A stretch of DNA of 64,000 nucleotides from a bacterium (GTDB lineage Bacteria > Patescibacteriota > Patescibacteriia > Patescibacteriales > UBA12465), in NCBI GenBank assembly GCA_030696105.1, contig JAUYNJ010000001.1:134903-198902 (forward strand), read 5' to 3'. A model generated the notes under the pieces. It was given only the letters and a program-made list of their open reading frames with translations. It had not been told where the DNA came from and ran no database searches. Numbering within the stretch: position 1 is the stretch's first letter; the number at the start of each line of letters is the position of its first letter. Made by a program: the position numbers and the translations under genes. Positions 18,679 to 28,477 of the stretch are shown here, in pieces.

Positions 18679-19818
18679 ATGACCAACAAACTCAAGGCGC
18701 TTATTGCGACAACTGCCACCATCCTCCTCTTTGCCCCCTTTATTGCGGACGCAGCCGAGGTAAAATCGCAAAACAATATTTATGTGCCTGCAGGCGAAAC
18801 AATTGATGGCAATTTATATGCTGCCGGCAACAATATCACGATTGACGGAGAAATAAAAGGCGATCTAATTGCCGCCGCTCAAACAATCACCGTCAACGGC
18901 CGTCTTGATGGCGACCTTATTGCCGCCGCTCAAACTATTACTATTAACGGGGAAATCAACGGTAACGTGAGAATCGCTGCTAATAGCGCCAGCCTCAATG
19001 GTGTGGTTGCTCGCAATGTTAACTTTATTGGTAATTCAATTGCCCTTGGTAAAAATGCGAGAGTTGGCTGGGATTTACTAAGCGCCGCCATGAACACCGA
19101 CATTATGGGCGTGATTGACGGGAACGTCTACGGTGAGGGTGACAATATAATACTCTCAGGTAAAATCGGAAAGAACTTTAGTTTTCTCAGTGATAACCGT
19201 AATCGCAACATCACCCTAGCGCCTCAAGCAACCATTAATGGCAACCTGACCTACGGCGAGGGCACAAATATAAATATACAAGATGGCGCTAGTGTCGCCG
19301 GTGAAGTTAATCCTGTTAAACAAGAAAGCAAGAGTGGCAGCAAGGCGATGAACAAGCTCTGGTCAATAATATACAGTATTTTCGCCGCAATTGTGATTGG
19401 TTTAGTGATAATTAAACCAGGCAGAAAAATTGCGCTAGGGATGAATAATATAATCAGACAACAGCCGGGTATGGTTTTTGTCTGGGGACTTCTCACCTTC
19501 CTCGTCGTGCCGATGGGTGCTTTAATTTTAATATTCACCATCATCGGCGCACCGCTAGCTATAATCTTGCTTGGTCTATGGTTAATGATGTTATGGATAG
19601 GTAAAATTATTACCGCGATATTTGTTGGTCAAACCTTGGTCGCTCGCTTTAGTCGTGGCGAAGAAAACTCCAAAACTTTAACCGTTGGCTTAATGATTGG
19701 TGTTATCATTCTCTGGTTGCTGTTCGCTATTCCATTTGTTGGTTGGCTCATTTCTCTTGCTGCAACCTGCCTTGGCACCGGTGCCCTTATTCTCTTATTT
19801 ACAAGCCGTAACTCTTAA
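18679..19818 (+). CDS. exported beta-helix repeat (bactofilin/DUF583-like) protein with C-terminal multi-TM anchor
   Basis: Signal peptide MTNKLKALIATTATILLFAPFIADA. Repeats of the form GDLIAAAQTITVNGRLDGDLIAAAQTITINGEINGNV. The C-terminal roughly 150 aa contain about 4 hydrophobic helices. Confidence 0.5.
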   Translation: MTNKLKALIATTATILLFAPFIADAAEVKSQNNIYVPAGETIDGNLYAAGNNITIDGEIKGDLIAAAQTITVNGRLDGDLIAAAQTITINGEINGNVRIAANSASLNGVVARNVNFIGNSIALGKNARVGWDLLSAAMNTDIMGVIDGNVYGEGDNIILSGKIGKNFSFLSDNRNRNITLAPQATINGNLTYGEGTNINIQDGASVAGEVNPVKQESKSGSKAMNKLWSIIYSIFAAIVIGLVIIKPGRKIALGMNNIIRQQPGMVFVWGLLTFLVVPMGALILIFTIIGAPLAIILLGLWLMMLWIGKIITAIFVGQTLVARFSRGEENSKTLTVGLMIGVIILWLLFAIPFVGWLISLAATCLGTGALILLFTSRNS

Positions 19819-19822
19819 TACC

Positions 19823-21202
19823 ATGTTTAATCCTTCAATTTTTAAAGCATACGACATCCGCGGTATTTACGAAACGGACTTTGATTTAAGTTTTGTCACC
19901 CGTCTCGCTTACGCCTTCGTCGCTCTACGTCGTCTTGATGGCGACAGTGATGTGAGTAAACCCTTAACCATTGTTGTTGCTCGTGATATGCGACTCAGCT
20001 CACCGGCAATCAGTGAAGTTCTAATCGCTGGTCTGCAAAGTGCTGGCGCAAAAGTAATAGATGCCGGTCTTCTCTCTACCCCCGCTTTCTACTTCACTGT
20101 TTCCAATCAAAAAGCGGATGGCGGTATTATGGTCAGTGCCTCTCACAACCCAAAGGAGTGGAATGGTTTTAAGATGGTGCGCGCCATGAGTCGTCCAATA
20201 AGCGGCGATAGCGGTATTAACTGGATGCGCGATGAAATCCTAAAAAGCGAAGAGTTTGATATTATCGAAGAAGAGCACCTAGCAGTTACTTCGCTCGCTA
20301 ACGCTGCCGAAGCACAATTGACACATGATTTGGAACACATTGATGTTAACATCATCAAACCTCTGCGCGTAGTGGCCGACGCTGCAAACAGCATGGGCGC
20401 TCAATATTTAGATTTACTTGCCTCAAAATTACCAATACAACTTGAAAAATTAAACTTCACGCTTGACGGTTCATTTCCAGCTCATGAAGCCGACCCTTTA
20501 AAGAGCGAAAATTTAGAGCAACTGAGTCAGACTGTAAAAAAGGCAGGTGCCGATCTCGGTATTGCGACGGATGGTGACGGAGACCGCATCTTCTTTGTTG
20601 ACGAAAAAGGAGTGCTTGTTGATCCTTCAATAATTCGAGGCCTACTCGCACAAATTTTCTTAAAAGATAAACCTGGCAGTAAAATTTGTTATGATGTCAG
20701 GCCCGGTAAAATCACTGTCGACTTGATCACGGCCAGCGGCGGCATTCCAGTACCTTCTCGCGTTGGCCACTCCTTAATTAAAGAACAGATGCTCGCTGAA
20801 AACGCCTACTTCGCCGGCGAGTCTTCCGGTCATTTCTTTCTAAATTTAGAAGTTGGCTGTTATGAAATGCCAATGATTATGATCGGCAAACTCCTCGCCC
20901 TCTTCTCAGCGACCGAACTACCATTGTCTGAGTTCTTAAAACCATATAGGCGTTATTTCCACTCCGGAGAAATAAACCGCAGTGTTAAAGATAAGGATAA
21001 AATATTTCAGCTCTTACAGGAAAATTACAGTGACGGTGACATCAGCTTACTAGACGGTGTTAGCATCACTTATCCAAACTTTTGGTTCAATGTTCGCGGC
21101 TCAAATACAGAAGATAAGGTGCGCTTAAATCTCGAAGCTGATTCCTCTGATGTAATGACCACCAGAAGAGATGAGGTATTACAACTGATTGAAAACTCTT
21201 AA
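19823..21202 (+). CDS. phosphomannomutase/phosphoglucomutase (alpha-D-phosphohexomutase)
   Basis: Active-site serine loop VSASHNPKEWNGFK and metal-binding loop DGDGDR. The start is at ATG 19823 (MFNPSIFKAYDIRG). Confidence 0.85.
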   Translation: MFNPSIFKAYDIRGIYETDFDLSFVTRLAYAFVALRRLDGDSDVSKPLTIVVARDMRLSSPAISEVLIAGLQSAGAKVIDAGLLSTPAFYFTVSNQKADGGIMVSASHNPKEWNGFKMVRAMSRPISGDSGINWMRDEILKSEEFDIIEEEHLAVTSLANAAEAQLTHDLEHIDVNIIKPLRVVADAANSMGAQYLDLLASKLPIQLEKLNFTLDGSFPAHEADPLKSENLEQLSQTVKKAGADLGIATDGDGDRIFFVDEKGVLVDPSIIRGLLAQIFLKDKPGSKICYDVRPGKITVDLITASGGIPVPSRVGHSLIKEQMLAENAYFAGESSGHFFLNLEVGCYEMPMIMIGKLLALFSATELPLSEFLKPYRRYFHSGEINRSVKDKDKIFQLLQENYSDGDISLLDGVSITYPNFWFNVRGSNTEDKVRLNLEADSSDVMTTRRDEVLQLIENS

Positions 21203-21213
21203 GTTTTACAAAA

Positions 21214-21245
21214 TAAAAAGAGCGCTGAACAAGCGCTCTTTTTTG
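21214..21245. terminator. bidirectional rho-independent terminator
   Basis: aaaaAGAGCGCTgaacaAGCGCTCTtttttg between two convergent genes. Confidence 0.6.
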
Positions 21246-21253
21246 TATCGTTT

Positions 21254-21574
21254 TTATTTCTTAACAACAACAATGCTGCCCTTGTTTAGTAAGGCGGCTA
21301 ACGCACCGACGGCGGCGAGCACTGGAGCAAATACTGCGCCAATAACTGCAAAAGTGACTGGAATTTCCATCATTACCTTGCCTTTTTCATTTTTGATAAT
21401 AATGCGGCGAACATTACCTTCTTTAATAAGCTTTTTTATCTTCTCCACTAGCTCATGTCCAGCAACTGAAAACTCCTCGAACTGATCGTCGGTTGATGAG
21501 TTTTTTGTTTTTGTTTTTTTTGCCTGCATATAAATGCTTATAGTTTTAATTTTATTATTGTTGATTATATTCAT
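21254..21574 (-). CDS. DUF4342-like small protein with C-terminal hydrophobic segment
   Basis: ELVEKIKKLIKEGNVRRIIIKNEKGKVMMEIP is typical of DUF4342. SD GGAGGA lies upstream of ATG 21574. 20-nt overlap with the upstream gene. Confidence 0.5.
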   Translation of the reverse strand: MNIINNNKIKTISIYMQAKKTKTKNSSTDDQFEEFSVAGHELVEKIKKLIKEGNVRRIIIKNEKGKVMMEIPVTFAVIGAVFAPVLAAVGALAALLNKGSIVVVKK

Positions 21575-22367
21575 CTATATCCTCCGACTCCTCTATCACC
21601 TGCCTCGAACTCTCCTTATCATGATTACCATTTGTTTCGCCGTTATTAATTTCGTTCTTCCCACTCTTTTTTAAAGATGAAAAAACAATATACATCATTT
21701 CTAACTGATTGATTATAGAGCGCACAAAGAAGTCTTGATCTTTGTTGTTCAGCTTGGCCGATAATATACAATAAGCTTTGATGTTAATATTTTCTTGCTC
21801 AGATTTCACAATTGTACACCTATCATCTTTACACTTACCAGATATAATTTCGCTATTTTCAATCTTGCCATAATTAATATCCTGATTGTTGCGAGAAAAC
21901 TTATCTTCGCGAATTGTACGTCCGTTTTTCATGTCAATGACGCGGATAATGACCCAGTCAGTGTTAACCATGCTGAGTATTTTTTCAGCAAAGTATGCAA
22001 ACACGGTACGAATATCTTTTTTATTCTCCGGGTACTTTTTAAAATTCGAAAAGGCCTGCCTCATTTCTTCCATCTGCAAATTTACAGAACCAATATACTT
22101 AAAGGTGTCTTGTAGTCTGTCCTCAAGATTAACTTGATAACGATGAAGGCGCCAATATTCTTTTAGGCACATTGAGTTAATAAAAAAAGCGGCGGCTAGT
22201 AGGCCGCCGATAATTAATGACTCTGCAACCTCTTCGCCAAAGCCAAGGATTGGTCCATTAATAATCTGCGGAATTGCAGCTGATACGAAAAAAATAAGAG
22301 CTAAAACACTAAAGAAAAGTATTCTGCGACTATATAGATATTTCATATAATCTATCTTCTTTATCAA
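21555..22367 (-). CDS. hypothetical membrane protein (270 aa)
   Basis: Two N-terminal TM helices. No recognisable family. Confidence 0.4.
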   Translation of the reverse strand: MIKKIDYMKYLYSRRILFFSVLALIFFVSAAIPQIINGPILGFGEEVAESLIIGGLLAAAFFINSMCLKEYWRLHRYQVNLEDRLQDTFKYIGSVNLQMEEMRQAFSNFKKYPENKKDIRTVFAYFAEKILSMVNTDWVIIRVIDMKNGRTIREDKFSRNNQDINYGKIENSEIISGKCKDDRCTIVKSEQENINIKAYCILSAKLNNKDQDFFVRSIINQLEMMYIVFSSLKKSGKNEINNGETNGNHDKESSRQVIEESEDIDEYNQQ

Positions 22368-22437
22368 ATATTAAGCTTACAATGTCATTATAGCTTTTTT
22401 AACATTAAAATGTAACACAAGCGACTTACTCAAACGA

Positions 22438-23565
22438 CTAGGCCTTCACGCTCTCTCCTTTTTTATCAAATAATAGCCAAACTGCTAAAACCGTGGCAAT
22501 AGGCATCGTTAGACACAGACCAATAACTCCAACTAAGCCGCGCACAATTTCAGTGGCAATCTCTTCGTGATTAATAACCTGTGAAAAACTTAAGAATGGC
22601 GCGCTGTTAATTTTAAATAACAGAATTAGCGGCAGGGAAGCGCCAACGTAGGCAAGAAATAAAGTATTAATGATTGCACCGAGATGCGCCCGCCCAATTG
22701 TCATAGCTGATTTAAACAAGTTTACTTTTGATTGATTTGGATTATTTAAGCGCAACTGTTCAACGGCCTCAATTTGACCGATTGCAATATCATCAAGCAC
22801 ACCGAGGGCGCCGATAATAATCGCCGCGAGAAGTAATCCTTGAAAATTCAAGGCCGCAATATTGTCACCTATTAAATATATTACCTCCTCGCTCGAGGTG
22901 CCACTTAAGCGAGTTAAGTTTACAAACAGCCAGGAAAGTAGAAAGGTAATAATTAAAGCAACAAAAATACTCAACATCGCAATATGCGCCTTACGATTGA
23001 ACCCATCAGTTATGTATATCAGGGCCGCAAGAATTAAAATCGTTGCAATTGGACCGATAATTATTGGGTTATAGCCGGCAAGAATTAATGGGGCAAGGAA
23101 TTCTAGAATCAACATGAAACTAATTACCAGTGCCAGTAGGGAGCGCCAGCCAACTTTTCCACCAATTAGACCAACAACAATTACGAACAGAATAACTAAA
23201 ATTATCAAACCGCGTTCGCGCACGAAGTCTGTAATATATACCACTCTATTGTTTTGCTCATCATACTCTATGCTTACAAAAACGATGTCTCCAGCTTTAT
23301 ATAGACGTGAAGATACGACATCAATAGTACTTATACCCTTAAACTCAAGTGTTTCACCCTTAGTGGTGCCACCAAGACTCACGAGCTCGACGTTTTGCTG
23401 TGTGATTACATCGCCGTTTTCACGGGTAATTGTTCTTTCGTCAAGAATACGCGTCACACGCGCCTTTACACTTTCTGCTTGAGTGATGGTTTGAGCCTGT
23501 GCAATGGGCACGACAAAAAAGAATAGAAAAAAAAGAAGCAAAACTGAAAGTGACTTTCTCAACAT
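22438..23565 (-). CDS. YibE/F-family integral membrane protein
   Basis: Signal peptide, a roughly 100-aa extracytoplasmic domain, then about 8 TM helices, as in YibE/F. Confidence 0.6.
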   Translation of the reverse strand: MLRKSLSVLLLFFLFFFVVPIAQAQTITQAESVKARVTRILDERTITRENGDVITQQNVELVSLGGTTKGETLEFKGISTIDVVSSRLYKAGDIVFVSIEYDEQNNRVVYITDFVRERGLIILVILFVIVVGLIGGKVGWRSLLALVISFMLILEFLAPLILAGYNPIIIGPIATILILAALIYITDGFNRKAHIAMLSIFVALIITFLLSWLFVNLTRLSGTSSEEVIYLIGDNIAALNFQGLLLAAIIIGALGVLDDIAIGQIEAVEQLRLNNPNQSKVNLFKSAMTIGRAHLGAIINTLFLAYVGASLPLILLFKINSAPFLSFSQVINHEEIATEIVRGLVGVIGLCLTMPIATVLAVWLLFDKKGESVKA

Positions 23566-23583
23566 AATCTCAATGCTTATTAA

Positions 23584-24420
23584 TTAAGCAGATAATAGGC
23601 TTTTTTCTAAGGCCTCAATTTCTTTTAGACCTTCTAAGTAAAAACTTTTCATTGGTCCTTCTTCACTGATAATGCCCTCGCAATATAAATACCAATCAGT
23701 TAGAAATGGCTGTTTATTTTTATCAATCATAATTGTTCCACCAGCTGGGTTATGGTGAATGTATCCTTTTTCGGCCGCTTCTCTATATACCACTTTTACC
23801 TTTTCAAGTATTTCTAAAAGCTCAGTAATATCAATACTCTCGCGTGCAGTCATTACCTCTTCTGAAAAATCTGGGCCCTCGACGTACTCCATTAACAGGG
23901 AACCATTTAGGCCGTCGTAAGCAGCACCATAAAACTTAGGGATTCCTTTCGTACCTTGTAAGGCTGCCATTGCCTTTGCCTCGTTATATAAATAATCGAC
24001 CACCAGTTTATCATCTTTATGATCGGCGTGATTAATAAGCTCATACCTCGGTTCTGAATCCATTTTTTGAGGCACCTCACCCATATTCACCAAAGCAAAA
24101 CGTCTCTCGATTTCTTTTACCTCAGAATAAGTGCGTTCAATTACATCAAACTCTTGTCCGTTTTCACGACTTTTTACGCGTAATTTAAACAGAGGGCCGA
24201 ACGAGCCACCACTACAAGCCTCTCTTTCACTTAATAAATCAAAGCCGTTTCTTCTAAGAACGTCACGCACCTTGTTTAAGTCGGGTAACTCTAGCTTGCC
24301 TTCTTGGTTTTCCGGCCCCTCAAGCGCTTTAAGTTGTTCGGCACTAATACCAATGTCATTTACATGTAACAATATCAGCTCTTCCTGTCCGTCTAGTTGG
24401 ATATTTTTCTTGCGCGCCAT
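23584..24420 (-). CDS. hypothetical protein with atypical protein-kinase-like features
   Basis: Gly-rich loop CSGGSFGPLFKLRVKS, hinge-like LLMEYVEG, and HHNPAGGTIMID with LTDWY in the positions of the catalytic and DFG loops. Confidence 0.35.
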   Translation of the reverse strand: MARKKNIQLDGQEELILLHVNDIGISAEQLKALEGPENQEGKLELPDLNKVRDVLRRNGFDLLSEREACSGGSFGPLFKLRVKSRENGQEFDVIERTYSEVKEIERRFALVNMGEVPQKMDSEPRYELINHADHKDDKLVVDYLYNEAKAMAALQGTKGIPKFYGAAYDGLNGSLLMEYVEGPDFSEEVMTARESIDITELLEILEKVKVVYREAAEKGYIHHNPAGGTIMIDKNKQPFLTDWYLYCEGIISEEGPMKSFYLEGLKEIEALEKSLLSA

Positions 24421-24556
24421 ATATGTAAATTGTTTATATATCGTTATTTAATCTTACCTTATCTGCAAATTTAAGCCAATACTAATACTTCTATGAAACC
24501 AGCATTATTGCCAAAAAATTTCTAAGAGGATAGACTGTAATTAAATCGAAATAGTC

Positions 24557-25222
24557 ATGAAAAAGTTCGTTAAAAATCTGATCAGCATTTTTATGCTGTT
24601 ATTATTTTGGCTGATTGGCTGGTGGTTGTTTCGAGTAAGAAATAAAACTACCATTATCGGCCTTGAGAATCTTCCCAAACAAACAGGCTTACTGCTCCTG
24701 TCTAACCATCAAAGTTTGGTTGACTCGATGCTCATTGGTTACGCCCTGTTTGATCCTCATGAAATTCTGAGTCGCTACCGCCAAATTCCTTGGAATGCGG
24801 CCGCCTGGGAAAACTTTTTTCATAAAAAAGTATTTCTGCGCACATTCTGTTATTTTTTGAAAACAATCCCTGCTTACCGTCAACTCGGAGCTGAGTTAGC
24901 TAATCAAAATATTCGGGAGTACGACGAAATCCTTAAGCATGGCAATTTACTTTTGTTCTTTGAAGGCACACGCAGTCGCAACGGTGATATTGGTCCCTGT
25001 GCCTATGGCCCAGCGAAAATCATCGCCATGCGTCAACCAACAACCATCCCCATTAAAATTGAGGGAATGGACAAGGTAATGCCTATCAGTGCTGGTTTTA
25101 AATGGCATCACATTAAGGGTGGCAAAAAGATTACAATCAAAGTCGGCAAACCGATGGAGTTTCAATCTTTAACCCTTGATGACATTCGCCAAACTGTACT
25201 GAGTAGTGTAAAAAATCTCTAG
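24557..25222 (+). CDS. plsC: 1-acyl-sn-glycerol-3-phosphate acyltransferase
   Basis: HX4D motif LLLSNHQSLVD and FEGTRSRNG. Confidence 0.85.
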   Translation: MKKFVKNLISIFMLLLFWLIGWWLFRVRNKTTIIGLENLPKQTGLLLLSNHQSLVDSMLIGYALFDPHEILSRYRQIPWNAAAWENFFHKKVFLRTFCYFLKTIPAYRQLGAELANQNIREYDEILKHGNLLLFFEGTRSRNGDIGPCAYGPAKIIAMRQPTTIPIKIEGMDKVMPISAGFKWHHIKGGKKITIKVGKPMEFQSLTLDDIRQTVLSSVKNL

Positions 25223-25249
25223 CCCGTTTACTCTTGTAGCGGGCTTTTT
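25222..25249 (+). terminator. rho-independent terminator after plsC
   Basis: GCCCGtttactcttgtagCGGGCttttt. Confidence 0.55.
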
Positions 25250-25310
25250 GATAATTGAAAAGGCCTCGAAGAATATTTTTCGAGGCCTCGCTTTATTTTT
25301 TTGTGTGGGT

Positions 25311-25763
25311 TTATTTGGTAACCCGCACTTGAATTGGCTTAAAGCGGATAAACATGTCCGTTGTGCCAGGAATCAGCATTTCAGGCTCACCTGTTGGTGA
25401 AAAAGTTTTAAGTTCCGATTCCGGTCTAACTTTTTTGTCACCTGTTTTATAAATGTCTATCACCATCCGCACTGCCCCGGTTGTCTCGTTTTTTGAAGTT
25501 AAAACTACAACTTTATCGGCGGTGAAGGTTTCACCGGCATAAGTATAGTCAATATAGTAGTTCTTTGTTACTATAATTTTTTTATACCTGTCGCCTCGGC
25601 GGATATGCTTGGGCACGTTAATTGTCTTACCGTCCGCGTCGATGAACGTGTGGGCATCCATAATTGTAAAAAATTCATCCGTTGGTGGTGGACATGTTAC
25701 TTTCACATTAAACATGGTTGTTAATGTTTCGTAGCGTGGTCCGGTGTTTGTTTTCGTTTCCAT
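25311..25763 (-). CDS. hypothetical protein (150 aa)
   Basis: ORF with its own TTGACA-N17-TATTAT promoter upstream. No recognisable family. Confidence 0.45.
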   Translation of the reverse strand: METKTNTGPRYETLTTMFNVKVTCPPPTDEFFTIMDAHTFIDADGKTINVPKHIRRGDRYKKIIVTKNYYIDYTYAGETFTADKVVVLTSKNETTGAVRMVIDIYKTGDKKVRPESELKTFSPTGEPEMLIPGTTDMFIRFKPIQVRVTK

Positions 25764-25876
25764 TTGCTGTTTTTTTTGTTTGGTTTGATGATTAATTGGA
25801 TTGATTGCTAAACCTACGAATTCATAGGCTTGGCAATCAATCCAAGAAACAGCATTTGTAAATGAACCAACCGTTT

Positions 25877-25905
25877 ATAATATCATATAATTGAAATATT
25901 GTCAA
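25877..25905 (-). promoter_or_regulatory. sigma70-type promoter TTGACA-N17-TATTAT for the 25311-25763 gene
   Basis: Minus strand: TTGACA 25905-25900, 17-nt spacer, TATTAT 25882-25877. Confidence 0.45.
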
Positions 25906-26339
25906 TGTTTGGCTTTTGATACTATTATTACAATAAAAAAGAGGGTTAATTACTTAACCCCCGTAACTCAGAACTCATTGAACTGCTTTCGAGGTTATTT
26001 CACTCTATTCGCTCCTTCGATCAACAGGGACGGTATTTAACATTTAGACTCCGCTAAAGCTGGCGCATTAGCTTCACAGTCTCCCGTCTATTCTACACAT
26101 TGTTAATCTATCTTTAAGCCAACATACGGGAGTCGGACCCGCGGACATCAATTTGATGTTTGTGCCCCTTGCACTATATTGTTTCTGAATTAATTAAAAT
26201 ATTATACAGATATTTGTTGTTTGTCAATAAAAAAGACCCAAATTTCTTCAGGCCTTATGGTGTTTCATATCTCTCGCCTATTTGTGAACCGAGACTCATT
26301 TTCAACGTTTCTATGAATTTGCATCACAGGCCTTTTAGG

Positions 26340-26756
26340 TTAGCGGATTGCCGTGAATTTTTCGAGTATATCTTCGAATTTTTCCGGCATTCTTATGCTT
26401 TGTCTGGCAATAGACTCGGATAATCCAGCTTCTATTAAGTCTTGCGCGGACAGTGATGAGTAAACCAACACCTTAAGAGACGAACTTATTTTCTGAAGTA
26501 TCTTAATAAGATGTATTCCAGATTCGTAGCCGCGATTTATTGTCGGCTTAGGGTGGTTTAATAAACTTAGAGGAACAAAGGGGTCAATAATCAAAAAATC
26601 AATTTGCTCGATGTTTTCCAATATTTCCTGTTCGTGTTGAAAAAACAGAACATTAAAACCCTTCCACTTCAGCTGTTCGCCAATACACTGCCTTATAGAC
26701 AGTGAGTCGATTATAATTACCACATTTTTCATGACTCCGTTTTTTTTGTTTAACAA
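26340..26756 (-). CDS. orphan receiver-domain (CheY-like, atypical) protein
   Basis: VVIIIDSLS ... DFLIIDPFVP ... VLVYSS pattern of a REC fold. Only one acidic residue at the DD position. No output domain and no kinase nearby. Confidence 0.45.
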   Translation of the reverse strand: MLNKKNGVMKNVVIIIDSLSIRQCIGEQLKWKGFNVLFFQHEQEILENIEQIDFLIIDPFVPLSLLNHPKPTINRGYESGIHLIKILQKISSSLKVLVYSSLSAQDLIEAGLSESIARQSIRMPEKFEDILEKFTAIR

Positions 26757-26845
26757 TCGGGTTAATTGTTAAAGTCACTAATCATAGAAACCTTAATAAT
26801 TAACCTGATTACTGTTTGTAAAGGAGCGAGTATATATAACAAAAT

Positions 26846-26874
26846 ATTATGTAAAACAAATACTATTTTGTCAA
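26846..26874 (-). promoter_or_regulatory. sigma70-type promoter TTGACA-N17-CATAAT for the receiver-domain gene
   Basis: Minus strand: TTGACA 26874-26869, CATAAT 26851-26846. Confidence 0.4.
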
Positions 26875-27075
26875 TCACTTTGTCCTATTTAACCTGGTAG
26901 GCTTAATTTTGTGTTGGTATATGTAATAAATGCGCGTCTTCGGCTCGTCTTTGTTAAACAGGTTCGTTAAACGTAAGTCTTGGCAAACCTTTTTATTGGA
27001 GTATTTAGTTAAATAAAAAACTACCTCAACCTTAATGGTATATTGGTAGTAATTAATTGCTTCATGCCTTAGAGG

Positions 27076-27369
27076 CTACACTCTCACGTAATTCATAGGT
27101 TGAGAATATCCAACACCACCGCCTTCGGACGCCCATTTTACCCACAACACAGGTTCTCCCTCAGTAAATTCCATAGGTGCGACACCTTGAACCTCACCAA
27201 TGCCCTCCATGTTGGGGTGTGTAACTTTCATCCCATGTTTGGCGGGAATCACTTTTCCATCCTTATTAGGGATTAAAAAATGCTTGCAAGCCGCGTTTGA
27301 GATGTCAACCACAAATGCGTGATCCGTGTGCGCGGTAACCTTAATTTTATTAACACTTTTTTTAGGCAT
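27076..27369 (-). CDS. hypothetical protein (97 aa)
   Basis: Strong SD AAAAAGGAGGG before ATG 27369 (MPKKSVNK). The longer ORF to 27447 is upstream read-through. Confidence 0.45.
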   Translation of the reverse strand: MPKKSVNKIKVTAHTDHAFVVDISNAACKHFLIPNKDGKVIPAKHGMKVTHPNMEGIGEVQGVAPMEFTEGEPVLWVKWASEGGGVGYSQPMNYVRV

Positions 27370-27675
27370 GTACCCTCCTTTTTTAGTGTAAACAATCAGA
27401 TTAATTATTAAATCTACTATTTCAATAAAATTGACAACTAACCTCATTATTACTCTTAAATGAACCGCTTAACCGAAAATAATAATGTATAACTACAGTT
27501 GTGTCAAACTGCCGTCCACCCTACACTTATAAATAATAATCCAGTTGAGGCTGGATTTTCTTATTACAGGAGGGGGCTACTCTTAAAAGTTGGATAGCTT
27601 TTTTGATGAATTATTTGGTGAAATTATAAAGGCCTTTGATATGATCTCTGGCCAAATATATAAATTTTTATCCTT

Positions 27676-27951
27676 TTAAAAAAAGGGTGTTAATAAATCT
27701 TTAGTCAAAACAAGCCCTATGACCAAAGTTACTAAGCTCGCAACCTGAATAATTACTGCACCTATTTGAATTTTGATTAGCATATCAGAAATTCTCCATC
27801 CCTTATCCCTGTCTCTGCCGTGAAGCCACCCAAATGCGTGGTAATTGACAAATAACATGCAAATCATATTAATCAGCATGCCAAATACAATAAGGCCTAA
27901 ATAGAATATAGGCAGAGAAACTAATTCTCTAAAAAATTCTACACTTTCCAT
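27676..27951 (-). CDS. small membrane protein (91 aa, 2 TM)
   Basis: Two hydrophobic helices. It has its own promoter. Confidence 0.4.
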   Translation of the reverse strand: MESVEFFRELVSLPIFYLGLIVFGMLINMICMLFVNYHAFGWLHGRDRDKGWRISDMLIKIQIGAVIIQVASLVTLVIGLVLTKDLLTPFF

Positions 27952-27995
27952 GATTCTTGTTTTTTAAGGTTAGTATTTTAATGAACTATGCCTTT

Positions 27996-28024
27996 AATAT
28001 ATCACGTTTATTATATTTTGTCAA
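27996..28024 (-). promoter_or_regulatory. sigma70-type promoter TTGACA-N17-TATATT
   Basis: Minus strand: TTGACA 28024-28019, TATATT 28001-27996, about 40 nt upstream of the ATG at 27951. Confidence 0.45.
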
Positions 28025-28114
28025 TTAGCTTGGCCCTAGGGATTATTTGATAAATTAATACAAAAAAAGACCCTTGATGTTATCGCGGGTCTTGCGTTGT
28101 TTTAACTAACGTCA

Positions 28115-28435
28115 TTAACCAACAATTGATTGTCTTTTACTTGGCATTAGCATGCCAATAAAACACAAGGTATATGTCAAAATATTTAAAACAAGCGTTA
28201 ATTTTGACACTTCGAGAATAATTACCTGAGACAAGGAGAGTCCGATTATTCCGAGTCCCAGAAGGAATCCTTTGTTAGTTATTCTTTTGTTTAAATTATA
28301 TTTAGGGTTTGCAATAACGATTGCTGTTAAGATGCTGGCAAGCATTGGCCCTATATATAATAAAAAGGATAAAACGAAAGAAAGGAGCAAAACTAAAATT
28401 GATACCCCGATCCATTTAATAGATTGTGCTTTCAT
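28115..28435 (-). CDS. small membrane protein (106 aa, 3-4 TM)
   Basis: Hydrophobic throughout. TTGACA-N17-TATAGT promoter upstream. Confidence 0.4.
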   Translation of the reverse strand: MKAQSIKWIGVSILVLLLSFVLSFLLYIGPMLASILTAIVIANPKYNLNKRITNKGFLLGLGIIGLSLSQVIILEVSKLTLVLNILTYTLCFIGMLMPSKRQSIVG

Positions 28436-28477
28436 CTCCGTGTGTTTTTGGTTTGTTTTTAAATAACTGTGCTTTTA

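Noticed and set aside
18624-18776. N-terminal 51-aa extension of the Elp3 ORF, and the 18571-18678 extension of the downstream plus-strand ORF
   Set aside because: Both extensions overlap each other in the divergent intergenic region. The internal ATGs at 18623 and 18679 give sensible N-termini, a soluble Elp3 start and a signal peptide respectively.
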